Under the pieces are notes generated by a model. The model ran no database searches and was not told the DNA's origin. It saw only the letters and a list, made by a program, of their open reading frames with translations. From the NCBI GenBank assembly GCA_963743855.1, contig CAVURK010000006.1:36234-100233 (forward strand): 64,000 nt of DNA. Reading direction: 5' to 3'. Source of the stretch: an uncultured Chloroflexia bacterium (GTDB taxonomy: Bacteria > Chloroflexota > Limnocylindria > Limnocylindrales > CSP1-4). The position numbers and the translations under genes were made by a program. Positions 53,593-63,102 of the stretch are shown in pieces (position 1 is the stretch's first letter; the number at the start of each line of letters is the position of its first letter).

Positions 53593-54200
53593 CTGTCCGT
53601 CTGGCGATCGTCGAGGATCACCCGGCGCTGGCCGACGGGCTCGCGACGCTCCTCCGTGGGTCGACTGATGTCGAGGTCGTCGGCACGGCTGCGGACCTCG
53701 CCGAGGCGACCGCCCTCCTCGAGCGGGAGGCACCCGATGTCGTCCTCTGCGACATCCGCCTGGCACACGGCGATGACGGCTTCGAGCTCGTCCGGCGTTT
53801 CGCGCCGAAACCGGCGTTCATCATGCTGACCGTGGCCTCCTACCCGAGCTATCACGCCCGGGCGGTCGAGCTCGGCGCGATGGGCTATCTCTCCAAGATG
53901 GCGACCGTCGACGAGATCCTCGACGCGATCCGGACGGTCGCGGGCGGGCACTCGGCCTACCCGAGCGATGCCCGGCGGTCCGCCGAGGACGCGCTCCGGG
54001 TCCCGACCGCTCGCGAGCTCGAGATCCTCGTGCTCGTTTCCGAGGGCCTGTCGAACGGCGAGATCGCGGACCGGCTGTCGCTCCGGGTGAAGACCGTCGA
54101 GAGCCAGCTCCGCCGCCTGTTCGACCGGTACGACGTGACCAGCCGAACGGCCCTCGCCCGGCTCGCGTCACGCCAGGGCTGGATCGACGAAAGTCACTAG
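53589..54200 (+). CDS. NarL/LuxR-family response regulator
   Basis: GTGA overlap with the kinase; IVEDHP, VVLCDIRL, MLT, GYLSK, TARELEILVLVSEGLSNGEIA..KTVESQL. Confidence 0.9.
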   Translation: MTVRLAIVEDHPALADGLATLLRGSTDVEVVGTAADLAEATALLEREAPDVVLCDIRLAHGDDGFELVRRFAPKPAFIMLTVASYPSYHARAVELGAMGYLSKMATVDEILDAIRTVAGGHSAYPSDARRSAEDALRVPTARELEILVLVSEGLSNGEIADRLSLRVKTVESQLRRLFDRYDVTSRTALARLASRQGWIDESH

Positions 54201-54269
54201 GGCGCGATGCTCAGGCGGAAGCGGGATTTCATCCTCGCGAACGGATCGGGGCGGGCCTATCGTCGAGCG

Positions 54270-54376
54270 GCGAGATCGTAAGGGTCGACCATCACCCCGC
54301 CCCTCCGGGACTTGTGTCCCCTTCGGACTCGTAGCCCCTCGCCGCCCGGACGAGCAAGATCGGATGACGAGGGGCT
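54270..54376 (+). ncRNA. candidate small RNA in a convergent intergenic region
   Basis: TATCGT at 54258-54263 with no downstream plus-strand gene; hairpins gggt/accc and gggac/gtccc, CCCCTCC linker, terminal hairpin. Confidence 0.3.
54333..54376. terminator. long hairpin between the convergent NarL and MMPL genes
   Basis: agcccctcg (54333-54341) pairs with cgaggggct (54368-54376), extended by further pairs; about 12 nt from the MMPL stop. Confidence 0.55.
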
Positions 54377-54388
54377 CACCCTTGCCCG

Positions 54389-56759
54389 TCAGGCAGCGGC
54401 CCCGGCCTCGATCGACCCAGCCGGCCCGTCGGGTTCGTCCGGGTCGCCTTCGATCGTGACCCGCGGGATCCAGTCGAGGAAGCGCGGCATCCACCAGTTC
54501 CAGTCGCCGAGCAGGGTCATCGAGGCCGGCAGCAGGACGCTCCGGATGACCGTCGCGTCGAGGAAGACGGCGACCGCGAGGCCCAGGCCGATCTGCTGGA
54601 TGAACACGAACTTGAGGCCGACGAAGACGGCGAAGACGACGACCATGATCGAGGCCGCACTGGTGATCGTGCCGGCCGTCACGGAGATCCCCTTGGCGAC
54701 GGCCGCACGCGACTCCAGCCCGCGGTCGCGCGCCTCCTTGATCCGGGTGAGGATGAACAGGTGGTAGTCCATCGACAGGCCGAACAGGATCGTGAAGATC
54801 AGGAGCGGGACCCAGCTCTCGATGACGCCGCTCGGGGTGATGCCCAGGGGACCGGCGAACCAGCCGTTCTGGAAGACGAGCACGAGCACCCCGTACGCGG
54901 CGGCCGTCGATAGCAGGTTGAGGATGATCGCCTTGATCGGGATCACGATGGAGTGGAACGCCACGAGCATCAGCAGGAACGACAGGCCGAGCACGAACAG
55001 GAAGATGAACGGCGCCCCGTCCGAGTAGACCTGGGTCACGTCGATCGACGCGGCCGCCTCGCCGCTGACGTACGTCTGGACGTTCGGCAGGCTGCCGAAG
55101 ATCGACGGGTCGAGCTGGCTGCGGACCTCGCGGACGATCGCCCGGTTGGCATCGTCATTCTGGGTCCCGCCCATCGTGAACGAGACCATGGCGACCTTGC
55201 CGTCGTGCGACAGCGTCGACATCGACCGGCGCGGTCAGCCCGGCGATCTTGAGGCCCTCGGTCTTGAGCCGCTCGATGGCCGCCTGCGTCTCCGGCTGGT
55301 CGGCGTCGGTCACGACGACCTGGAGGTGCAGCTCCGTTCCCTGTGGCCACTTCTCGTTGAGCAGGTTGATCCCGGCCACGCCGTCGATCGAGGCGGGGAA
55401 GGCCGTGATGTCCGTGTTGCCGGTGCGGAGGTGGAGGACCGGCAGGGCCAGGATGATCAGGAACCCGGCCGACAGGATCGTCATCGGGACCGGCCGGCGC
55501 ATGACCGCGGTCACCACGCGGCCCCAGAACCCGCTGCCCTCCTCGCGTGCCGCGCGCTCGTCGAGCCAGGCCAGCGCACCGCGGCCCCAGCGGCTGATCG
55601 GACCCAGCGGCAGGAACGCCGCCAGCCGCGGCAGCCACGCCGCCGGCCGACCGGCGTTGACCCGGTCACCGAGGATCGACAGGGTCGCCGGCAGGAACGT
55701 GAGGCTGCCGATGACCGAGACGAGGACCACCGAGATCGTGCCGATCGCCATCGAGGTGAACAACGAGATACCGAGGGTGATGAGGCCGGCCAGCGAGATC
55801 ATGACGGCCAGCCCTGAGAAGAAGACAGCCCGGCCGGCCGTGCTGCTCGAGACCTCGATCGACTTGTCGCGTGGCCGGCCGGCTCGCCGCTCGACCCGGA
55901 ACCGGGTGATCATGAACAGCGAGTAGTCGACCGCGACGGCCAGCCCGATGAGCACGATGAGCTGGGTCGCGTTCGGGCTGACCGGCCCGGTGACCTGGCT
56001 GTAGATGCCCAGGATCCCGAACGCGGCGAGGAGCGAGCTGATCGCGAGGACCAGCGGCACGACCGAGGCGACGATGGCGCCGAACGCGAACAGCAGGATG
56101 ATGAACGTCAGCGGGATCGTCAGCCGAAGCGACTGGTCGAGGCCGTCGTTGATCAGCGTCGTGATGTCGTCGCCGATGAACGTGCTGCTGACCGCGTGGA
56201 TGGCGAGGCCGGGGTTGGCCGCGCGGGCCTCGTCGAGGATCGGCAGGACTGGTTCGAGCAGCGCCGCCACCCGATCCTTGTCGCCCGGGACGCGGGCGAC
56301 GATCCGCACGGTCGAGCCATCGGCCGAGACAAGGCCGGCCTCGGGCGGCGCCTGGAACGGATCGACCAGCTGGTCGAAGGTCGGCGTGTGGACGCCATCG
56401 ATGTCGACCCCGGCTGCGTGGAGCTTCGCGACGAGATCGCTGACGGCGGCCTTGAACGCCGGGTCGCTGGTCGCGCCCGGGGCGCCGCCCATGACGACCA
56501 GGAACTGCTCGAACGGGTCGTTCGTCCCGCCGGCGTTGAAGACGTCGTCGGCCTTGGTCGCCTCGAGCTGGCGATCGTTCGGGCCGGCGTTCGCGTCGGC
56601 CGCGTCGATCCCGCCGCGGCTCAGGCTGAAGGCGAAGGTGCCGATCGTGGCCACGAACCACAGGGTGACCACCAGCCAGCGGTGTCGGGCGCTCCACATC
56701 GCGACGCGGACGGTGGCGGGCTCGCGGCTGCCCTGGTGGGTCGAAGGATCTGTCGTCAT
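54389..56759 (-). CDS. MMPL/RND-family transporter (frameshift near 55228)
   Basis: [76 protein letters not shown]. Confidence 0.92.
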
Positions 56760-56819
56760 CGCGCGGGTCTCCTGGGGTCTGGCGTGCCGGACGGAGGCTC
56801 CGCCAGATGCTGTGGAAGT

Positions 56820-57919
56820 CTACGAGGTCGGGGCGCGGATCACGATTCGGGCCCCGATCTCGCCCCGGAAGGCGACCAGGCGATGCCCCTCTGCCTCGAG
56901 AGCGATACGTTCGCCAGGCGGGATCGGTTCGAATGGCTCGATCGCCAGCGTCGTCCCGTCCGGCTCGGCGGTGACGATCCGCCAGGTCCCGGCAAGGATG
57001 CCATCGACGAGGAATGTTCCCATGCTGGCGCCATTTCCCGGCGGGAGCGGGATGCTCCGTCCCGCGGGGATGATCCGCGAGCGGTCGTTGTGGCCGAGCA
57101 GGACGTTGTCGTACTCGGGCAGGAAACGGGGCGGCGCCGGGGTGTCGGCGTCGGGACGTGGCGCGTCGGGGAGGTCGAAGAGCTCGCGACCGCGCTCGTC
57201 GCGGAACGTCTCGAGCCGTGGCCGCAGCCGCTCCACGACCTCGCGCAGGCGAGTCAGACCCGGACCAGGCCTGGATGTCCAGCACCGATGCCGGCCCGAA
57301 GGCTCCCAGATAGCGGACGACCAGCTCGTCCATCGACGGATGCTCTGCCAGCGGCCGACCGAGCCAGGCCTCCATCGTGGTCCGCGCCACCGGCCCAGTG
57401 CGGCCCCACAGCCCCCGCGGCGGGACGTGGACGAGCGGAACGAGGTAGCCGACGGCGTATGAGAGCGAATCCGCCGGGATGTCGGGCCAACGCTCGCCGA
57501 GCAGCCGCGCGAGCTCCGGGCTCGTGCGCGGCCGGATACTCGACGAGCTCGCGACCGGCGGCCAGGACGTCGCTGAGGTCGGTCCCTGCGACCGCCCGGC
57601 CGAACGGGCTGGCCCGATAGCCACGCCCGAGCACTGGCTGGATGAGCGGTCGCAACGTCAGCGCGTCATCGGCGGTGACGAGGTGGATGGTCGCTCGCAT
57701 CAATGAGGTCCGGACCGCGCGCCGATCCTCGATCGCCTCGGACAGCTCGTCGGGCTCGAAGTCGCGGAGACGAGACCAGAGCCCGACGTACGGCGCGAGG
57801 GGAGCCTGCGCCTGGAGCCCGACGAGGTGTGCGATCGCGGCCTCGGCGGTCATCGACTGCCGTTCGAGCAGGAGCTGGCGGGCGAGCAGGGCCCGGTTGA
57901 GCGCGCGCTGGCTGAGCAT
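56820..57919 (-). CDS. AlkZ/YcaQ (HTH_42) family DNA glycosylase, AlkZ-like QxQ subtype (two frameshifts)
   Basis: [67 protein letters not shown]. Confidence 0.85.
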
Positions 57920-57929
57920 CGGCTACACG

Positions 57930-59021
57930 CTATCGGATGGGCAGCACCAGCACGAACTTGCCATACCACTCGAGGCGCGAGGTCTTGTAGCCGGGGGTGT
58001 ACGGGTCATCCAGCGTGCTGTCGGTCTCGTAGTAGCGCTGGAAGCGCCAGCGGTAGTTCATCGTGATGCGCAGCCACGTGTACGAGATGACCCGGTTGAC
58101 CGCGTTGGACTTGCGGAGTGGGTCGGTCAGGTAGAAACCGCCGACGGTGAACGTGTTCGTGTACTGGCCGGCGGCGTTCCGAGCGAACGGATCGCCCGCC
58201 AGGTTGTAGTAGCCGGTGATCATCTGCGCATGGCCGCCGCGCCAGCCGAGCAGGCCGACCGGCTTGCCGGTGGCGATCAGGGCTCGAACGGCGGCTCGCA
58301 TGGCCGAGTCGTAGCTCGTATACGCGACGTCGTCATAGACCCGCGCGCCGGCGACCAGCGTGCCTGATCCCCAGCCGTAGTAGTTGAGCGCATTTCGCCA
58401 GCCGTGCGGATCGGAGCCGAGGCCGCCGACCATCGTGTCGTGGCTGCGCTCCCAGGCCATGATCCGGTCGCGGACCGAATTCCAGACCGTCGGCTTCCAG
58501 ACGAACCCCTCGCCCCACTCCCGCGGACCGAGATGAGGTTGAGCATCGTCCGGACCGAGGTCGCGGTACAGGCCGTCGCACTTGGGTCCTGGAAGCGGAA
58601 CTGGGCCGCGACGAACAGGTTCATCGTCCGGGCGACCACCTGCGGTATCGGGGTGGGCGTCGGCGTCGGGCCGGGAGTCGGTGTGGGGGCGGGCGTCGGC
58701 GTCGGGGCTGGCGTCGGCGTCGTTCCGGGCGTAGCCGACGGGGTGGGGGAGGCGGTCGGCGTCGCAGTCGGCGTGGCCGTCGCGAGTCGGCGTGGCAGTC
58801 GCGGTCGGGGTGGGGCTCGCGGTCGGTGTGGCGGTCGCGGTGGGATCGGCGGCCGGCTCGTTCGGCGTCTCTGCCGGTGCCGAGGGCGACGAGGTCGGAT
58901 CAGCGGCCGCGGCCGGCCTCGGCAGAGCGATCAGCGCGACGGACAGGCTCAGCGCACCCGCCAGCACGGTCCGACCGAGGACCGTGCGCCCGAGGGTCAT
59001 GACACAGCCGGCGCGTCGCAT
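57930..59021 (-). CDS. secreted protein with Pro/Thr stalk and papain-like C39-type peptidase domain (frameshifted)
   Basis: Signal peptide, PT-rich linker, FQDPSATAC (Q..C), GGHAQMITGY (H), YLTDP (D). Confidence 0.68.
   Translation of the reverse strand: MRRAGCVMTLGRTVLGRTVLAGALSLSVALIALPRPAAAADPTSSPSAPAETPNEPAADPTATATPTASPTPTATATPTRDGHADCDADRLPHPVGYARNDADASPDADARPHTDSRPDADAHPDTAGGRPDDEPVRRGPVPLPGPKCDGLYRDLGPDDAQPHLGPREWGEGFVWKPTVWNSVRDRIMAWERSHDTMVGGLGSDPHGWRNALNYYGWGSGTLVAGARVYDDVAYTSYDSAMRAAVRALIATGKPVGLLGWRGGHAQMITGYYNLAGDPFARNAAGQYTNTFTVGGFYLTDPLRKSNAVNRVISYTWLRITMNYRWRFQRYYETDSTLDDPYTPGYKTSRLEWYGKFVLVLPIR
58640..58845 (-). repeat. coding Pro/Thr/Ala low-complexity repeats (TPTATA / TPTPAP)
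   Basis: Degenerate 6-nt and 18-nt units such as ggcgtc and ggggtg on the plus strand. Confidence 0.7.
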
Positions 59022-59123
59022 CACCGCCACCGTACTCCGTGTGATCGGCCAGTCCACAGTCCGAAAGTCGGGGTGTGCCTTCACGTCCCTCGTTCGCGAG
59101 TCTGGGCAGCCAGATCGGATCCG

Positions 59124-59360
59124 TCAGTTTTCGGAACCCTCGTGCCTCGCAAGCAGGTCGACCAGGTCGCTCTCGGCGGCCGCCTTGGGGACGATCCGCC
59201 GCGCCAGACGCTCGGTCTCTGCGCTCAGCTCGGGGAGCTTCGGGTCGTCTGGGGCCAGCCGGCCCTTCTCGTGTTCGATCTCGGTGATCCGGGCGGAATC
59301 GGCCGCGATGTCTTCGGCCGTCGCTCGCAGGTCGTGTTCCAGCTCTGACATGTCACTCAC
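59124..59360 (-). CDS. small helical hypothetical protein
   Basis: MSELEHDLRATAEDIAADSARITEIEHEK..; follows the upstream stop by 3 nt. Confidence 0.6.
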   Translation of the reverse strand: MSDMSELEHDLRATAEDIAADSARITEIEHEKGRLAPDDPKLPELSAETERLARRIVPKAAAESDLVDLLARHEGSEN

Positions 59361-59363
59361 CCC

Positions 59364-59591
59364 TCAACCAGCCCCGACCGTGCCGGGGATCCAATGGCCA
59401 TCCCGATAGACGTACCAGATCGACAAGGCCTCGCCGTCGAGTTCACGCGCCCTGACGACCGCGTCCGGATAGTCCGTGCGAAGGCGAGCCTGGAGGTCCA
59501 GCGGGGAGTCGACACCATCGGTCACCATCCCCTCCGCCAGCGCGACGAAACGGGCGTCGTCGCGCGGGTTCAGGACGAGGGTGATCGGCAC
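59364..59591 (-). CDS. small hypothetical protein
   Basis: PITLVLNPRDDARF..LQARLRTDYPDAVVRAREL..WYVYRDGHW; globular composition. Confidence 0.62.
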   Translation of the reverse strand: MPITLVLNPRDDARFVALAEGMVTDGVDSPLDLQARLRTDYPDAVVRARELDGEALSIWYVYRDGHWIPGTVGAG

Positions 59592-59713
59592 AGCGGCCCT
59601 CACTACGGATCGGATGTCCACGCCGTAGTCCACCATGGGCACCATTGCAAAAGCATCTCGCCGTGGGCGCGGAGGGGACAACGACGCGTTATCCGCGCGC
59701 CGCGAGGCGAGGG

Positions 59714-60070
59714 TCAGGCCGGCCCGTCTTCTCCGTCGCCCTCGGTCTCGGTGATGTCCTCGGCCCTCTCGGTCTTGCTCAGGTGGCTCAGCTCGATCAA
59801 CGTCGGCGCGTCGTCGCGTTCCTTCCAGCGTGTCTGGAGGAGGACTTCCTCCGTCTCGCCGACCAGGCGAAGGACGACCGTGAAGCCGGAGCCGGATCGC
59901 TCGATCGAGTCGATGGTGGCTTCGGTGGCGGGCAGGGGCAGGAGCGCCACGACCTCCCCGAGGTTCCGTTGGAGCTCCTGGCTGAAATCCTGGGTCGCCA
60001 GGCCGACATCGCCGATCACGAGCGCTGCACAGAGCGCTTCTGCGCGCTCACGAACCTCGGGCTCTTCCAT
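59714..60070 (-). CDS. acidic hypothetical protein (possibly NTF2/SnoaL-like)
   Basis: Helix then beta strands (FTVVLRLVG..LLQTRWKE); TAGAGT 6 nt before the ATG. Confidence 0.62.
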   Translation of the reverse strand: MEEPEVRERAEALCAALVIGDVGLATQDFSQELQRNLGEVVALLPLPATEATIDSIERSGSGFTVVLRLVGETEEVLLQTRWKERDDAPTLIELSHLSKTERAEDITETEGDGEDGPA

Positions 60071-60137
60071 CGGCCAACTCTACGCTACGCGAGGCGCTCG
60101 ATGACCGCGAAGCGTTGGAGGACGACGAGGGCGTGGA

Positions 60138-60551
60138 TCAGAGGAGCGCGTCGGTCGCCTCGTCAGGGACGCCGTCGTAGTAGCGATCGAGGACCCTGCT
60201 GAAGACCGGATCGTCGGGCGCGGCCCTGTGGAACAGGGTCATCGAGGAACGAAGCTTCATAGCGTCGATCGAGCCGAGGATCTCGCCGGCCGATCCGGCA
60301 TCGTTCGACAGGACCAGGGCGGCGCACTCGCGGAGTCGCGCTCCCAGCACAGGGTGAGCAAGGTAGTCGCGGGCCTCGTCCAGCGACGAGATCGCATAGA
60401 ACCGCGAGGTCTCGCTCCGCCCCAGGCCAACGAGCTGCGGGAAGACGAACCACATCCAGTGCCCTGTCTTGTGCCCGCGGCGCAGCTCATCGAGGACGCT
60501 GTCGTAGAGGGCCCGCTGCGCGACGAGGAATCGGTCGAGGTCCGAGGCCAT
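60138..60551 (-). CDS. DUF1810 family protein
   Basis: DLDRFLVAQ, GHKTGHWMWFVFPQL.GLG.S, YLAHPVLGARL, DAMKLRSSMTLF. Confidence 0.9.
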   Translation of the reverse strand: MASDLDRFLVAQRALYDSVLDELRRGHKTGHWMWFVFPQLVGLGRSETSRFYAISSLDEARDYLAHPVLGARLRECAALVLSNDAGSAGEILGSIDAMKLRSSMTLFHRAAPDDPVFSRVLDRYYDGVPDEATDALL

Positions 60552-60614
60552 GACCCCGCGATTGTGCGTCACCGCACCGTGGCCAGAGGTGGCCTGAGTC
60601 CATCGTCCAAATGT

Positions 60615-60983
60615 TCAGTAGTCGAATCCGCCGTTGAAGGCGGGAATGCCGCCATCCGGTAGCGGCTCGCCATCCGGTTTGGCCTCGAATCGGACCGTTG
60701 CACGGCCACGGCCATCGAGCGAGAAACGCAGGTTGACCCATCTGCACCCGACCTCGCCCCAGTAACGTGCCAGGGCGTCGATCTCCGACCATGTTCCGCC
60801 TTCGGTCAGCAAGGGCCTGTAGGCGTCGAACGGGAAACGCTCATCCGGAATGACTGGGGTGTCGGGTCGGAGGACCAAGGCGAAGCCGTGGCCCGCAGCG
60901 TGCGCGCTGCACAGTGCGGCGAGTTCGTCGGGTCGATTTCCCCGATAGGTCCGTCCGTCGGCCGTCCGCTCGCCTGATGCCAT
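60615..60983 (-). CDS. hypothetical protein with atypical codon usage
   Basis: Open frame of about 122 aa with more A/T-ending codons than its neighbours. Confidence 0.45.
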   Translation of the reverse strand: MASGERTADGRTYRGNRPDELAALCSAHAAGHGFALVLRPDTPVIPDERFPFDAYRPLLTEGGTWSEIDALARYWGEVGCRWVNLRFSLDGRGRATVRFEAKPDGEPLPDGGIPAFNGGFDY

Positions 60984-61066
60984 CGGCCTAGGGTGACCTC
61001 GATCGGTCACCCATGCAATGTGCGTCGCGGGCCTTGGTTCCGGTCATCGGATACTCCTATGGGGTA

Positions 61067-61143
61067 TTGACAAAGGGCTTGACAAATCGGCCTCAAATGG
61101 CGCAGAATACCGGGACTAGGGCTTGTCAAGACTTGACAGGCCC
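61067..61143 (+). promoter_or_regulatory. dnaG-rpoD promoter region with repeated TTGACA and a 25-bp palindrome
   Basis: TTGACA at 61067 and 61079; CAGAAT at 61103-61108; gggcttgtcaag-a-cttgacaggccc at 61119-61143. Confidence 0.6.
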
Positions 61144-61173
61144 ACAGCCATGTCCAGCCCCAGGAGGCGCCAT

Positions 61174-63099
61174 TTGGCGGTCGGTGTCGCGGCCGAAGTG
61201 AAGAGCAGACTGTCCGTCGTCGATGTGGTCGGCGAAACGGTCAGCCTGAAGAAGGCGGGCACGACCTACAAGGGTCTCTGTCCGTTCCACGGCGAGAAGA
61301 CACCGTCATTCGTCGTCACGCCTGCGCGCGAGAGCTGGCATTGCTTTGGCTGCGGCCTGGGCGGAGACATCTTCAGCTTCGTGATGCAGCGCGACACCGT
61401 GCCGTTCCCTGAGGCACTCCGCATCCTCGCCCAGCGCGCCGGTGTCGAGATCGATGAGCGAACCAAGCATGAGGACGCGCACAAGGCGCGGCTCCGCAGC
61501 GTGCTCGACAGCGCGATCGCCTTCTACCACGCCGTTCTGACGAATTCGAACGCCGGCGCGGTGGCCCTCGACTACCTCCACGGTCGCGGCTTCAGCGACG
61601 AGACGATCGCGACCTACCAGCTCGGCTGGGCGCCGAGTGGCTGGGACCAGATGACCCGGACGCTCGGCACGAAGCGGGACATCCGCCCCGACGAGCTCCT
61701 CGAGGTCGGTCTCGCCTCACCGCGACAGTCCGGCCGCGGCGGTGTCTACGACCGGTTCCGGGCGCGGGTGATCTTCCCGATCCGCGACCAGAACGGACAC
61801 GCGGTCGGCCTCGGTGGGCGCCTCCTCGAGGGCGACGGGCCGAAGTACCTCAACTCCCCGGCGACCCCTCTGTTCGACAAGAGCCGGACGCTCTATCCGA
61901 TCGACAAGGCAAAGGGCGCCATCCGCAAGGCAGGCCAGGCCATCATCGTCGAGGGCTACACGGACGCGCTGATGGCGCACCAGGCCGGCTTCGACAACGT
62001 CGTCGCCTCGCTCGGGACCGCCCTGACCCCCGGCCAGGTCGCCCTTCTGACGCGCTACACCTCGCGCATCGTCCTCGCCTACGACGTCGACGCGGCGGGG
62101 GAGAAGGCGGGCACGCTCGGAGTGACCGCATTGGCCGGGCTCATCGGACAGCTCCAGGCCGACACCTCCGGGGTCAACCTCGAGGACGTCCGCGTCGCGC
62201 GGCTCCCCGACGGGAAGGACCCCGACGAGGTCGTCCGCGAATCGCCCGCGGTCTGGGAGGCGGCGATCGCGAAGGCGAAGCCGCTGGTCGAGTACCTCAT
62301 CGACCACCATGCCGGCCTGTTCGACCTCAAGACCTCGTCCGGCCGGATCGGCTTCGTCGAGGCGGTCATGCCCGCGATCCGCGGGATCGTCGACCCGCTG
62401 CGGCGCGATGAGGCGCTCGGCGAGGTCCGGCGCGTCTCGGGCGTCGAGGAACGAGTCCTGCGCCAGGTCCTCGAGCGTCCGGCGCGCAACCCGATCGCGG
62501 CCGGGCGACCAGGTGGCGCCACCGATGGTGCGTCGCGGTTCAGCGCCGATGCGGTGCTTTCGTCGCCGGACGCGCTCCCGATCCACGACATCCTGCGCGC
62601 GATCACGCCGGTCGAGTCGGAGCTGCTCCGGCTCCTCCTGCTCGTTCCCGAGGAGCAGCTGCGCGTGGTCGATGAGCTCGGTCCCGACCAGCTGCCGAGC
62701 GAGGTCGCCCGCGAGCTGTTCCGGGCGATCGTCTTCCAGCGAGCGCCGAACGACCAGGGGATCCACCCGCCATTCGACGGCGTGGCACTCCTCCTCTCGC
62801 TCGACGATGAAACGGCTGCGCTCGCCCGAGCGTTATATGCCAAGCCAGGTCCCGATGCGCGCGGGCTCGACCCCGCGCATCTCGACTACGAGATCACTCG
62901 TCTTCTTCTCGAGCTGGAGGACGACCAGCTGCGTGATCGCAGCGACTACAACGAGGCCGCTCAGGGAGAGGCCGAACGTGCCGGGGATCGCGATGCGATC
63001 GCCCGGTTGATGCTCGAACGACGTCAGATCAATGAAGCGCGCCTGTCACTCGACAGGCGGCGAGACCAGACCCGGCTGCTCGCCAGCCACCGGAGGTAA
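61174..63099 (+). CDS. dnaG: DNA primase
   Basis: SD AGGAGG then TTG; CPFH..CFGC zinc finger, YDRFR.RVIFPI, KYLNSP, VEGYTD, YDVDAAG, KDPDE. Confidence 0.97.
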   Translation: MAVGVAAEVKSRLSVVDVVGETVSLKKAGTTYKGLCPFHGEKTPSFVVTPARESWHCFGCGLGGDIFSFVMQRDTVPFPEALRILAQRAGVEIDERTKHEDAHKARLRSVLDSAIAFYHAVLTNSNAGAVALDYLHGRGFSDETIATYQLGWAPSGWDQMTRTLGTKRDIRPDELLEVGLASPRQSGRGGVYDRFRARVIFPIRDQNGHAVGLGGRLLEGDGPKYLNSPATPLFDKSRTLYPIDKAKGAIRKAGQAIIVEGYTDALMAHQAGFDNVVASLGTALTPGQVALLTRYTSRIVLAYDVDAAGEKAGTLGVTALAGLIGQLQADTSGVNLEDVRVARLPDGKDPDEVVRESPAVWEAAIAKAKPLVEYLIDHHAGLFDLKTSSGRIGFVEAVMPAIRGIVDPLRRDEALGEVRRVSGVEERVLRQVLERPARNPIAAGRPGGATDGASRFSADAVLSSPDALPIHDILRAITPVESELLRLLLLVPEEQLRVVDELGPDQLPSEVARELFRAIVFQRAPNDQGIHPPFDGVALLLSLDDETAALARALYAKPGPDARGLDPAHLDYEITRLLLELEDDQLRDRSDYNEAAQGEAERAGDRDAIARLMLERRQINEARLSLDRRRDQTRLLASHRR

Positions 63100-63102
63100 C
63101 CC

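Noticed and set aside
56801-56830. Third CTCCAC-box upstream of the MMPL gene (TTCCACA on the minus strand)
   Set aside because: Only one good half-site and the spacing to a -10 is off by one; too weak to call.
58640-58845. Repeat tract as a mobile or regulatory element
   Set aside because: It simply encodes the Pro/Thr linker of the secreted protein.
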